Source of the DNA: Candidatus Ratteibacteria bacterium
Lineage (GTDB): Bacteria; Ratteibacteria; UBA8468; MWAK01
Length of the DNA: 64,000 nucleotides
Assembly (NCBI GenBank): GCA_041653615.1
Contig: JBAZEZ010000009.1
Coordinates: forward strand, 5,330-69,329
Direction of reading: 5' to 3'
A program made the position numbers and the translations under genes. Under the pieces are notes generated by a model, which was not told where the DNA came from, did not search any database, and saw only the letters and a list, made by a program, of their open reading frames with translations. This document shows positions 27,628 to 37,110 of this stretch, piece after piece (the first letter of the stretch is position 1; each line of letters begins with the position of its first letter).

Positions 27628-28692
27628 TTAACGAATTTTAAGGGTCACCAGCGAAAAGAGCGCAAAAATAATAGCCAGAATCCAGAAACGAATGACTATT
27701 TTTGATTCCGGCCAGCCGTGCAGTTCAAAATGGTGGTGAAGCGGCGTCATGGCAAAAACCCGTTTCTTGCGGGTTTTAAAAGAAACAACTTGGATAATTA
27801 CCGAAAGCGCTTCAATCACAAAAACTCCGCCGGCAAAAAACAAGGCGAACTCCTGTTTGGTAAGGATGGCCACCACACCCAGACTGCCGCCTAAACTGAG
27901 GCTCCCGGTGTCACCCATAAAAATTTCGGCCGGATAGGCATTAAACCAGAGAAAACCAAGGCTGGCTCCGATAAGACTGGCACAAAAAACCGATAGTTCA
28001 CCCACGCCCCGGATAAAAGCAAGACCTAAATAATTGGCAAAAACATAATTACCCACAACATAACTGATAAAGGTAAAGGTTATCGCCACCATCAACACCG
28101 AACCGATGGCCAGACCGTCCAAACCATCTGTGATATTAACCGCGTTGGAACTGGCCGTCAAAACAAAGATTACCAGCAAGAGATACCAGATACCCATATT
28201 CCAGATAATTTCCTTAAAAAAAGGCGGGTAGATGGTTGTTCCAAACTGAAAGGGACCCAGAAAAAGGGCTAAACCGATAACCAGGCCCAGGCTAACCTGG
28301 CTGGCTATCTTCACCAGGGGCCTGATTCCTTCTGCCTTTTTTCGAATGTATTTGGTGTAATCATCGTAAAAACCGGTTACGGCGAGCCAGACCAGGGAAA
28401 GGAGCGTCAGCAGAAGATATTTATTGGAAAGGTCCGCCCATAAAATTACGGAAATGATAACAGCGCCGACTATTAAAATACCTCCCATCGTCGGAGTGCC
28501 GTACTTGGAAGCATGGAATTCCAACAGGTCTGGATGCTTCAAATGCTGCATGGTCTTAATAAAGCGCGGACCAAAATAAAGAACCAGGAAGAGACTGGTA
28601 AACGCAGCCAGAACCATCCTAACCGTCAGGTAACGAAAAACATTAAGCCCGGACCAGTAAACACTCAGGATATAAAGTAGTTTATAGAGCAT
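27628..28692 (-). CDS. mraY: Phospho-N-acetylmuramoyl-pentapeptide transferase
   Basis: KYGTPTMGG, GFYDDY, NAVNITDGLDGLA, WFNAYPAEIFMGDTGS, MTPLHHHFE; start at ATG 28692. Confidence 0.97.
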   Translation of the reverse strand: MLYKLLYILSVYWSGLNVFRYLTVRMVLAAFTSLFLVLYFGPRFIKTMQHLKHPDLLEFHASKYGTPTMGGILIVGAVIISVILWADLSNKYLLLTLLSLVWLAVTGFYDDYTKYIRKKAEGIRPLVKIASQVSLGLVIGLALFLGPFQFGTTIYPPFFKEIIWNMGIWYLLLVIFVLTASSNAVNITDGLDGLAIGSVLMVAITFTFISYVVGNYVFANYLGLAFIRGVGELSVFCASLIGASLGFLWFNAYPAEIFMGDTGSLSLGGSLGVVAILTKQEFALFFAGGVFVIEALSVIIQVVSFKTRKKRVFAMTPLHHHFELHGWPESKIVIRFWILAIIFALFSLVTLKIR

Positions 28693-28708
28693 TACGTTAA
28701 AAGTTTGT

Positions 28709-28794
28709 GTAGGGGCGCGGAGTTGCATCCCCACCCGATAAGACTAAGGCTTTCAGCCCACGTGATACAGGAGGGGACGCAGCCCCTCCCCTAC
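28709..28794. repeat. Inverted GTAG REP doublet upstream of mraY
   Basis: gtaggggcgcggagttgcatcccc ... ggaggggacgcagcccctcccctac. Confidence 0.8.
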
Positions 28795-28798
28795 ATTA

Positions 28799-30529
28799 CT
28801 ACCTGATGACTACAATTGTCCAATCGTAAGCAAGTCCGGTCTTCTTGTCTTTAACCATCAGAACCTGCTTTCCCGGCGTACCGAATATAACCGAAGGTTC
28901 CCGGGAAGACCGAAAATTATGATCGGAAGACATAAACTCAAGTTCACCGGCGTATTCCGAAACTTCATTCCCGTAACGGTCGCTGAAAAGAACCTTAAAT
29001 TTGTATTCCTGGCCCAGAACCGCCACCATGGGAATGCCATCCAACCTGATATCAGCCGAAACAGCCGGTTTTACCTCAAACGGATTAGACTTTCCGGAAT
29101 GGTTATTTCCGTCTTCCACCACCAGGCAGGTCTCTTTGGACGCCTTAGTAACCAGAACCTCCTCCACTCTGGCTCCGGAAATATAACTTTCCCGGGAAAC
29201 TATCAAAGTACCGGTGGTGTCGCTCAAATAAGGACCTTTGACCGTGTTTCCCCATCGGTCTTCGGAATGAATGATAACGCTAAAGGGTTCGCCGGCAATC
29301 TTCGGCGAATTAATCCGGTCAATCGTGAAATGGTCAACAGCGCCTGGATTTACCACAAAGGCCTTTTCTCCGGTAATGTCACCGTTTAAATCCCTTTGGA
29401 GGGTTGCTTTTATCTTTTGGTTTCCGGCCTTAAAAAAAGCGAGCCGGAATTTCCCAATCTGATCCGGATCTTGACTTCCGGTTAATAGTATTGGCTGCAT
29501 CTTTTGCATCTGGGCGGTGGGGTCAGAACATTCCAACTTCATCTTTCCCTCGTAAACCAGGCAGATATTCCCAAACTTGTCCTGAACCAGAACTTCCAGC
29601 TCAAAACCTTTCCCGGCTTTTAAATCATTTTTCGGCAATAAGATTTCAATCTTTTCCGGCAGCCCAGGGACCACATCAACCTTCGCGGGGAAAAAAGCAC
29701 CCTCTTCGTCCACCACCAGGACAGTATCTACCCCAACGCTCCGGGAAAAGGACATGTCGCCTTCCCAGACGCCTTTGGAAAGCACAACCGTTTCTGGTTG
29801 AATACTGCCGTTTACACTCGCGATACTTACCGTTTTGTCAACCGGAGCCATCTTTCCGGATTCATCATAGCCGACAATCTTCACCCGTAATTCTCCGACA
29901 ACGATCTTCTCCGGCAAATTTTCCACCCGAACCTTAACCGGTCTCTTCACCTGACCCGCTGCTGCTTCCGGCTCCGGCTTCTGCTTCGTAAAGCTGGACT
30001 CCGGCTGTTTGGTAGAAGGCGCTGCTACCACCGGAAAATTTATTCTGGGACCAACACTAACCGTGCCGTCCGCGCGCAGAATCTGATAACCCCTGCTGTG
30101 CGGAGACGGCACATCGGGACTAATTGAAGTTACTTCGGTCATCAACCAGGTAGAACCGGGGATTCCATCCAAACTTTTACCGCTTACGGTATCGTTCCAG
30201 AGATAGTTTGTACCGCGTTTATTAAGTTCGGAAGGAATTAACGGGCAGAAAAAGACGGCTTTGTTACCGCTGAGACTATCCTTAAGTAAATTATTGATTC
30301 CTTTTATATCGTCCGGAGAACTCGGAAAAAAAACAGCGTTGGGCAAAGAGCCGTTGTCCATCTGAAAATTAACCAGCGCCAGATAAATTTGGTGCAGATT
30401 ATTCTGACAAGCGGCTTCGTTCCCCTTGCGCACAACCTGGTAGGCGGTAAAAGAAATCGAAGAAACAAAAGCGGCAACCACCGCTAATTCCAAAAGCGCG
30501 AACCCGGATTTCCGCCACATTCCCTTCAT
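28799..30529 (-). CDS. Prepilin-like protein with an internal H-X9-DG motif followed by Ig-like (invasin-type) repeats
   Basis: SGFALLEL, ACQNNLHQI, HSRGYQILRADG; repeated V.PG...F.V...D..GN units. Confidence 0.7.
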   Translation of the reverse strand: MKGMWRKSGFALLELAVVAAFVSSISFTAYQVVRKGNEAACQNNLHQIYLALVNFQMDNGSLPNAVFFPSSPDDIKGINNLLKDSLSGNKAVFFCPLIPSELNKRGTNYLWNDTVSGKSLDGIPGSTWLMTEVTSISPDVPSPHSRGYQILRADGTVSVGPRINFPVVAAPSTKQPESSFTKQKPEPEAAAGQVKRPVKVRVENLPEKIVVGELRVKIVGYDESGKMAPVDKTVSIASVNGSIQPETVVLSKGVWEGDMSFSRSVGVDTVLVVDEEGAFFPAKVDVVPGLPEKIEILLPKNDLKAGKGFELEVLVQDKFGNICLVYEGKMKLECSDPTAQMQKMQPILLTGSQDPDQIGKFRLAFFKAGNQKIKATLQRDLNGDITGEKAFVVNPGAVDHFTIDRINSPKIAGEPFSVIIHSEDRWGNTVKGPYLSDTTGTLIVSRESYISGARVEEVLVTKASKETCLVVEDGNNHSGKSNPFEVKPAVSADIRLDGIPMVAVLGQEYKFKVLFSDRYGNEVSEYAGELEFMSSDHNFRSSREPSVIFGTPGKQVLMVKDKKTGLAYDWTIVVIR

Positions 30530-30536
30530 ATTGCAG

Positions 30537-31952
30537 CTATTTTAGCATAAAATGCTCAACGATTTCCTCTAACTTAAGGAAACGGGAACCCTTGAGAAAA
30601 ACGAAAACGCCGGGTTGCAGATTTTTCTGTAAAAAAGAACCGGCGGCTTGATTATCTTCCGCCCGCAAAATCCTACTTTCGGGAAAACCAAACGAACAGG
30701 CGCCTTCTCTGACTGATTCCTTTTCCGGACCGACCAGAATCAAGCGGTCCGGGTTTACCCGCGCCAGGAACCTTCCCAGGCTAAAGTGACTCCTTTGAGA
30801 AAAACGCCCCAGTTCCCCCATAGAACCGGCTACAATTATCTTACGGTTATTTCCGGCCAGGCGCCGAAAAGTAGACAGCGACTCCCGGAACGAAGCGGGG
30901 TTGGCGTTGTAAGTATCGTCAACGATATAAACTCCGGACTTTTCCAAAACCTGAAAACGGTGTTCCGCCGGTTTGAATTTCGCCAATTGTTCGGTCAGAA
31001 CATCTTCCGAAATTCCAAACCGCAGGGTCAGGGCTGAAGCCGCCAGAACATTCTTGATATTGAAAAGACCGAAAAGAGGAACAGAAAGCGGGAGGAATGT
31101 TCCTTCTTTCCGGCCGAGCAGAAAATGAGTACCCTCCGGCGTGAACCTGATATTTTTTGGGAAATAATCGGCTTCCTTCTTCAAACCGAAAGTAATGCGC
31201 TCCCGCACCGGAAAAGAGGCCAGGAAAGAAAAAAAACGGTCGTCGGCCGGAAGAACAGCGCAACCACGTTTCAGGTAAACCAATAATTCCGCTTTGGCGG
31301 CGGCTATCCGGCTTTTGCTGCGCAAGAAACCCAGGTGCGCGGAACCGATATTGGTAATCAAACCGAAATTCGGAGACGCGGTCCGGCTCAAATTCGCAAT
31401 TTCTCCGGGATGGTTCATGCCCATCTCCAAAACCGCCGTCCGGTCAGCCATGCTCAGTTTAAGAATAGAAAGGGGAAGACCGATTTCGTTATTAAAGTTT
31501 CCGGCATTAGCTATTACGCGATAAGAAGCGGAAAGAATATGCGCGATAAGCTCCTTAGTTGTAGTCTTGCCGCTGCTTCCGGTTATGGCGACAACCGGTA
31601 TCTTGAATTTTCGGCGGTAATTTTCGGCGATGGCCAAAAGCGCTTTTTTGGTGTCGGGAACTTCGATTAAAATAAATCCCCCTTCACCTCGCCTCTCCCC
31701 GTTGGGGAGAGGATAAAGGTGAGAGGGACTAAATTTTCCCAAAGCAAACAAAGAACCGGAAGCACCTTTAGCGACGGCCGCGGCTATAAAGTTATGCCCG
31801 TCAAAATTCTCTCCGGCAACCGGGATAAAAAAATCCCCGCGTTTCAGGCTGCGGCTATTAATTGAAACGGAACGAATCACGGAATCCTGTCGTCCCTGCT
31901 TAAGCAATCCGCCGGTCCAATCCAGAAGTTCTTTTACGGTTATCTTTTCCAT
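30537..31952 (-). CDS. murF: UDP-MurNAc-tripeptide:D-Ala-D-Ala ligase
   Basis: INSRSL, DGHNFI, AITGSSGKTTTKE, NFNNEIGLP, DDTYNANPAS, GSMGELG, KGSR; start at ATG 31952. Confidence 0.95.
   Translation of the reverse strand: MEKITVKELLDWTGGLLKQGRQDSVIRSVSINSRSLKRGDFFIPVAGENFDGHNFIAAAVAKGASGSLFALGKFSPSHLYPLPNGERRGEGGFILIEVPDTKKALLAIAENYRRKFKIPVVAITGSSGKTTTKELIAHILSASYRVIANAGNFNNEIGLPLSILKLSMADRTAVLEMGMNHPGEIANLSRTASPNFGLITNIGSAHLGFLRSKSRIAAAKAELLVYLKRGCAVLPADDRFFSFLASFPVRERITFGLKKEADYFPKNIRFTPEGTHFLLGRKEGTFLPLSVPLFGLFNIKNVLAASALTLRFGISEDVLTEQLAKFKPAEHRFQVLEKSGVYIVDDTYNANPASFRESLSTFRRLAGNNRKIIVAGSMGELGRFSQRSHFSLGRFLARVNPDRLILVGPEKESVREGACSFGFPESRILRAEDNQAAGSFLQKNLQPGVFVFLKGSRFLKLEEIVEHFMLK
31678..31727. 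repeat. CCTCTCCCC/GGGGAGAGG palindromic repeat in frame within murF
   Basis: cccccttcacctcgcctctccccgttggggagaggataaaggtgagaggg encodes PSHLYPLPNGERRGEGG. Confidence 0.8.
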
Positions 31953-31983
31953 CCGCTCTTTTGTCGTTCCCGTATGTTTTAGA

Positions 31984-32039
31984 CGGGAATCCATACCTTA
32001 AATATTTAGATTCCCGCTTACTATCCGCGGGAATGACAG
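31984..32039. repeat. ATTCCC/GGGAAT element (partial doublet)
   Basis: cgggaatcc...agattcccgc...gcgggaatgaca. Confidence 0.75.
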
Positions 32040-32044
32040 TTTAT

Positions 32045-33550
32045 TCATCGTTGTTCGGACAGCGCTTTGCCGGCAACCAACCGGTCGTCAAAAGGAATAA
32101 CGGTATCCTTCATGACCTGATAGGTTTCGTGACCTTTACCGGCAATTAACACAACGTCCCCTTTTCCCGCTAAAGAAATAATCCGGTGAATCGCCTCGGC
32201 GCGGTCCGGAATTATTTCGTACCGGCTGCGCCGGGAAGACAGGATGCCGGCTACAATATCATTAATAATAGCAGACGGTTCCTCGTTGCGCGGATTATCA
32301 GAGGTAATAATAAAATAATCGGCGTAAGCAGAAGCAATCCGGCCCATCTTGGGCCGCTTGCTCTTATCCCGGTCTCCGCCGCAACCGAAAACCAAAAGAA
32401 CGCGACCCTGTTTTTCCCCGGATGCTTTCCTGACCGCGCGCGCGGTCATAAGAAGATTCTTCAAAGCGATATCTTTGTGGGCATAGTCAACCACAACCCG
32501 GAATCCCCGGTCCGTCTTAATCTCTTCAAAGCGGCCCGGTACTGTTTTCAATTCCTCAATGCCCTGCCGAATTGTCTGAAGCGGAATTCCTTCACCGACC
32601 CCGAAGGCAAGAGCGGCCAGAGCATTGTAAGCGTTGTGCCGACCCGGAAGATTGACCGTAATCTCAATTTCGCCCATGGGCGTCCGGGCACGAAAAGAAA
32701 CGCCCTTTTCCTTCATGGTCAGCCCAAAACCCCGCACCATTGCGCCGCGACGGAACCCGTAACTGATAAACCGGACGCCTCCGGGAACCGAACGATAAAA
32801 ATAACGGGCGGCCCGATCGTCGCGATTGATAATAGCCACCCGTTTTTCTTTATTGCTCTTAGCCAGGTAACGCGAAAATAAGCTGGCTTTCGCGACCAGG
32901 TAGTTACGGAAGGTACCGTGGTAATCAAGGTGTTCGTGAGGCGTAGCATTGGTAAAGAGACAAACATCAAAAGGAAGGCCTCTGACCCTTCCCTGGGCAA
33001 GCCCGTGTGAAGAAACTTCAATAACCGCATATTGGCATTTCGCTTCTACAATCTGACTGAAAATCTCCTGGAGTTCCAACGGTCCCGGCGTGGTGTTGAG
33101 AGCCGGCACCTGGCGACCGGCCACCCGGTAATTAATGGTGCCGATTACACCGGCCTTTTTTTCGGCGGCCGCGACGACACTTTCAATCAAGTAGGTTGTG
33201 GTGGTCTTACCGTTGGTACCGGTCACTCCGACTATCCGCAGCTTCTGCGCCGGATAGCGATAAAAACGCCCGGCCAATTCCGGCAGAACCTCCCCGGTAT
33301 TTTCCATAACCACAGTTACCGCCCGGCCGGCTGACTCAAAATCGGCCTGAGTCAAAACCACCCTGGCTCCGCGTTCTAACGCTTCCGGAAGATACCGGTG
33401 GCCATCATCTTTTTCACCGATAATCGCGGCGTAAAGATAGCCGGGTCTGACTTTTCGGCTATCGGTAGCCAAACCGGTGATTTCCGGATTTTCAGAAGGC
33501 GGAAAAATCTTCTTTACCGGTAAACCTTCAAGCAAATCGCGTAGTTTCAT
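32045..33550 (-). CDS. murE: UDP-MurNAc-Ala-Glu:diaminopimelate ligase
   Basis: DSRKV, GVTGTNGKTTT, EVSSHGL, HLDYH, VPGRFE, VVVDYAH, TSDNPRNE (DNPR = meso-DAP type), AGKGHE. Confidence 0.96.
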   Translation of the reverse strand: MKLRDLLEGLPVKKIFPPSENPEITGLATDSRKVRPGYLYAAIIGEKDDGHRYLPEALERGARVVLTQADFESAGRAVTVVMENTGEVLPELAGRFYRYPAQKLRIVGVTGTNGKTTTTYLIESVVAAAEKKAGVIGTINYRVAGRQVPALNTTPGPLELQEIFSQIVEAKCQYAVIEVSSHGLAQGRVRGLPFDVCLFTNATPHEHLDYHGTFRNYLVAKASLFSRYLAKSNKEKRVAIINRDDRAARYFYRSVPGGVRFISYGFRRGAMVRGFGLTMKEKGVSFRARTPMGEIEITVNLPGRHNAYNALAALAFGVGEGIPLQTIRQGIEELKTVPGRFEEIKTDRGFRVVVDYAHKDIALKNLLMTARAVRKASGEKQGRVLLVFGCGGDRDKSKRPKMGRIASAYADYFIITSDNPRNEEPSAIINDIVAGILSSRRSRYEIIPDRAEAIHRIISLAGKGDVVLIAGKGHETYQVMKDTVIPFDDRLVAGKALSEQR

Positions 33551-33557
33551 CTTATAT

Positions 33558-35249
33558 TTATTTTGTTTGTTTTATTTCCTGGTCAGGCGCGATACCCAGA
33601 GCCAAAAGGGTTCGCTGCCCGATGCGGTTGAAAACCGGACCGGCAACCACCCCGCCGTAATAAGCGCCCCTGGGTTCATCCACCATGACGTAAATAACTA
33701 AATTCCGCTCCGGAGTTTTAATGAAACCGGCAAAAGAAGCAAAATACTTGGTATGGGAGTACCGGCCGTTTTCCACTTTCGTGGCGGTTCCGGTTTTGCC
33801 GCCTACGCGATAACCGGGAATTGCGGCCCACTGCGCGGTTCCCTCTCCGGAAGCAACATCCTCTAAAATTGAAATCAGGGTGTCCGACGTCGCCTTAGAA
33901 ATAACGCGACGGACCAAAACGGGCTTGCAGCCCGGAGTAAACCGGCCGCGGTTATCACGTACCCATTTCAAAAGATACGGTTGATAAAGATTGCCTCCGT
34001 TGACAATGGCGCCGAGAGCTGCGGCGCACTGGACAACCGTAGCGCTGACTTCCTGGCCGAAAGGAATCGCAGTCATGGAATAATCGGACCACCGGGAAAC
34101 AGGTCTTAAAATTCCGGATACTTCCCCGGGAAGATTGATACCGGTTTTTTTGCCAAAACCAAAAGCGGTGGCGTATTGGTACATCCGTTCTTCTCCCAGT
34201 TTAAAACCAACCTTGACGGCGCCGATATTACTGCTTTTGGCGATGACTTCCCGGAAAGTAAGCATACCATAGGGGTGCGTATCGTGAATAATGTGATTCC
34301 GCACGAAATATTTTCCGTTTTCACAAAAAATGTTGTCTTCCTGTTTAACCACCCCTTCATTCAACCCGGCAGCCGCGGTAACCATTTTAAAGACCGACCC
34401 CGGCTCAAAAATATCGGTGACCGAACGATTGCGGCGACAATCAAGAGAGGATGTTACCGGCGGATTCGGGTCATACGTGGGACGGTTCGCCAAGGCCAGA
34501 ACCTCTCCGTTATTCGCATCCAGGACAATCCCCACCGCGCCCCGGGCGGAATATTCTTTAAAAACTTTCTCAATCTCCTCTTCCAGGATGCGCTGAACTT
34601 TGATATCTATCGTCAAAAAAATGTCCTGGCCGGCCCGGGCGGAAATACCTTCGTTTGCCGACGGAATAGGATTCCCCTTTCCGTCCCGCAAAATAAAAAT
34701 TTTCCCGTCCTGACCGGACAAAAAACTGTTGTATTGTTTCTCGATACCTTCCAATCCTTTACCATCCGTGTTCACCAAACCGATAACGTGGCTGGCTATT
34801 TTCCCCTCCGGGAAAGACCGGAAAAAAGTTTCCTGAAAACCAACCCCCTCAATGTCCAGCTTCTTAATAGCAATGTAATCATCGTAAGGAAGCCGACGGT
34901 TCAACCAGATAAACCCCTTGCCGGATGAAAAATCAGCGGTTAATTTCGCCGAAGATTCGCGGATAATGGGCACAACTTTCCCGGCTACCTCAAACGGCGT
35001 TTCCTTGAGATACTTCGGCTCCGCGTAAAGTTCGTAGTAAGGGATAGATATCGCCAGCGGCCTGCCTTCACGGTCATAAATCGCGCCGCGGGACGCCGGT
35101 TGGGAAATCGACTGGTAATTTTTCGCTCGCGCCTTCCGCTTTAGTTCCGGCGCTTGCTTAACCTGGAGAAACGCCAGCCGTAAAAAAATCAGGCCAAAAC
35201 AAACGAAAAAAATCCAACCCACGGTTTCCAGGCGTTTTCCCCGTTCCAT
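33558..35249 (-). CDS. ftsI: Penicillin-binding protein 3 / FtsI
   Basis: RGAIYDR, GLEGIE, EPGSVFK (SxxK), SSN, KTGT. Confidence 0.93.
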   Translation of the reverse strand: MERGKRLETVGWIFFVCFGLIFLRLAFLQVKQAPELKRKARAKNYQSISQPASRGAIYDREGRPLAISIPYYELYAEPKYLKETPFEVAGKVVPIIRESSAKLTADFSSGKGFIWLNRRLPYDDYIAIKKLDIEGVGFQETFFRSFPEGKIASHVIGLVNTDGKGLEGIEKQYNSFLSGQDGKIFILRDGKGNPIPSANEGISARAGQDIFLTIDIKVQRILEEEIEKVFKEYSARGAVGIVLDANNGEVLALANRPTYDPNPPVTSSLDCRRNRSVTDIFEPGSVFKMVTAAAGLNEGVVKQEDNIFCENGKYFVRNHIIHDTHPYGMLTFREVIAKSSNIGAVKVGFKLGEERMYQYATAFGFGKKTGINLPGEVSGILRPVSRWSDYSMTAIPFGQEVSATVVQCAAALGAIVNGGNLYQPYLLKWVRDNRGRFTPGCKPVLVRRVISKATSDTLISILEDVASGEGTAQWAAIPGYRVGGKTGTATKVENGRYSHTKYFASFAGFIKTPERNLVIYVMVDEPRGAYYGGVVAGPVFNRIGQRTLLALGIAPDQEIKQTK

Positions 35250-35250
35250 T

Positions 35251-35544
35251 TTATTTTACTTTATTAAAATCAAACCGATAGACGTTCCAGGACTTCGGTT
35301 CCACCAGAGGCAGACCGAATTTCTGCAACCTGGACCGGATGGCGGAAGTACTTTTTAACGAAAGCGCCTGGGCCTGCAGCTGCCGGTTTTCCGTCAGGAG
35401 TTCCTTGTACCTGATTTCCGCCGTCCCAATCCGATATCCCTGGTTGACAATCAGTCCCTGTTGCCAGACATAGGCAAGTATGGCAATAAGAAATAAAGTG
35501 ACGATGTGCCAGAATTCAAACCCTTGTTTCTTCTTCCTGCGCAT
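35251..35544 (-). CDS. ftsL: Cell division protein FtsL-like
   Basis: Single TM plus coiled coil; lies between rsmH and ftsI. Confidence 0.7.
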   Translation of the reverse strand: MRRKKKQGFEFWHIVTLFLIAILAYVWQQGLIVNQGYRIGTAEIRYKELLTENRQLQAQALSLKSTSAIRSRLQKFGLPLVEPKSWNVYRFDFNKVK

Positions 35545-35554
35545 AAAACTCTTT

Positions 35555-35652
35555 GGACGCCGATTACCGCAGATAATCGCGGATACAGATTAAAAATACT
35601 TTATAGAAATATCATTTAGCATTATCCGCAATTTCTGTGAAAATCTGCGTCC
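35555..35652. repeat. GGACGCAG inverted-arm element, copy 3
   Basis: ggacgccgattaccgcagataatcgcggat...aaaatctgcgtcc. Confidence 0.85.
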
Positions 35653-35655
35653 TAT

Positions 35656-36522
35656 TTAAATCTTTTCCGCGGCGCGCAATTTCGCGCTGCGGCTGGCCGG
35701 GTTGACAACCACTTCTTCCCGGCCGGACCGAACCGGCTTTCTGGTAATAACCCGCAGCTGTTCATTTTGCTTCAGGAAGTTTTTAACAATACGGTCTTCC
35801 AGGGAATGGTAGGAAATTATGGCCAGTCGGCCGCCGGGCTTGAGAATTTCCACGGCCTGGGGAAGCGAAATCTCCAAACTTTCCAGTTCCCGATTAACCG
35901 CTATTCTCAGGGCCTGGAAAACACGGGTAGCCGGGTCAGACTTTCCGTGCCGGCGTATCACCCGTCGGCTGATTTCCGCCAGTTGGATCGTGGTATTCGC
36001 AGCGTTACAATTTACCGCTTCTTTTATCCTGACGGCCAACCGTCTGCTCTCCCGGATTTCACCGTATTGGTAAAGAACATCGGCCAGTTCCTCGGCCGAC
36101 AAATCCTTCAGCAACCGCGAGACCGGTTCACCTTCCGCCCGATTGAACCTCATATCCAACGGCCCTTCCCTTTGAAACGAAAAACCTCTTTCGGCCTCAT
36201 TCAGCAAATAGCTGGAAAGACCCAAATCGTAAATTATTCCGTCCGGCGCGTTAAAGCCGGCGCTGCCGGCCAGTAATTTCAAATCCCGAAAATCCCCTTC
36301 CCGAAAAGTGGCTTGACCGGAAAAATCCTTTAACCGGTTGCGGGCTTCTTCCAGCGAACTTACGTCCCGGTCCAGACAGAGTAATTTTACCTCACTTCCA
36401 GAAACCGCCAACATCGCCACGCTGTGCCCGGCAGTACCGGTGGTGGCGTCAATAAAAAAACCACCTTTTTCCGGTTGGAGTATAGTCAGAACTTCCGCAG
36501 TTAAAACAGGTATGTGTAACAT
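35656..36522 (-). CDS. rsmH: 16S rRNA m4C1402 methyltransferase
   Basis: HIPVL, DATTGTAGHS, DLGLSS, GPLDMR, RVFQALRIAVNREL, ISYHSLEDRIVK, SRSAKLR. Confidence 0.96.
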   Translation of the reverse strand: MLHIPVLTAEVLTILQPEKGGFFIDATTGTAGHSVAMLAVSGSEVKLLCLDRDVSSLEEARNRLKDFSGQATFREGDFRDLKLLAGSAGFNAPDGIIYDLGLSSYLLNEAERGFSFQREGPLDMRFNRAEGEPVSRLLKDLSAEELADVLYQYGEIRESRRLAVRIKEAVNCNAANTTIQLAEISRRVIRRHGKSDPATRVFQALRIAVNRELESLEISLPQAVEILKPGGRLAIISYHSLEDRIVKNFLKQNEQLRVITRKPVRSGREEVVVNPASRSAKLRAAEKI

Positions 36523-36611
36523 CAGTGAACGGTGAATGGTTAACGGTGAATGGTAAAAGATTCAAGAATTAAATCAGTTACCGTTTACGATTTACGATTC
36601 ACCGTTTACTG
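36523..36611. repeat. Heptamer-arm inverted element (CAGTGAA...TTACTG), copy 1
   Basis: Arms of GGTGAAT/GGTAAAT-like 7-mers and their complement around the core aaaagattcaagaattaaa. Confidence 0.85.
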
Positions 36612-36616
36612 TTGTT

Positions 36617-37027
36617 GGGGGGCGATAAGCCGGGTTCTGTTTAGATAGCCATTTCTCTTGGCCCTGTCTTACGACAGGGCTCAAGCAGCCTACCCGGGGT
36701 ATTTGCGGAGCGGGCGTCCATCCCCCTGCTCGGCCTTGCTCCAGAGAGGTGTTTGCCAAACGGCAATCTTACGATTGCCGCCGGTGAGCTCTTACCTCAC
36801 CTTTGCACCCTTACTCGTCTACGCAAAACTATGGCGGGCTTTGCCCGCAGTAGCCTTGGCGAAAACGGGCGGTTTATTTTCTGTGGCACTTTCCGTTTCC
36901 TTGCGGAACCTGGGTGTTACCCAGTCCCGGCCCGACCGGAGCCCGGACTTTCCTCAGTTACCGACTTTGTCCGCCGAAGCCAGCTTCGGCATAGGCGGAT
37001 GCAGTAACTGCAGCTATCTCGCCCCCC
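36617..37027 (-). ncRNA. rnpB: RNase P RNA (type A) with expanded P3 and P12
   Basis: Minus strand has GAGGAAAGTCCGGGCT, AGTGCCACAGAAAA and ACAGAACCCGGCTTA; P1 GGGGGGCGA/TCGCCCCCC. Confidence 0.95.
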
Positions 37028-37035
37028 CCTAAATA

Positions 37036-37110
37036 CGGTGAACGGTGAATGGTAAATGGTAAAAGATTCAAGAATTAAAGCGGTTACCATTCACTATTCA
37101 CCATTCACTG
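37036..37110. repeat. Heptamer-arm inverted element, copy 2
   Basis: Shares atggtaaaagattcaagaattaaa with copy 1; contains the rnhA stop codon. Confidence 0.85.

Noticed and set aside
36523-37110. Possible CRISPR array suggested by recurring short repeats
   Set aside because: Units are 7-10 nt and tandem, with no unique 30-40-nt spacers; there are no cas genes in the window.
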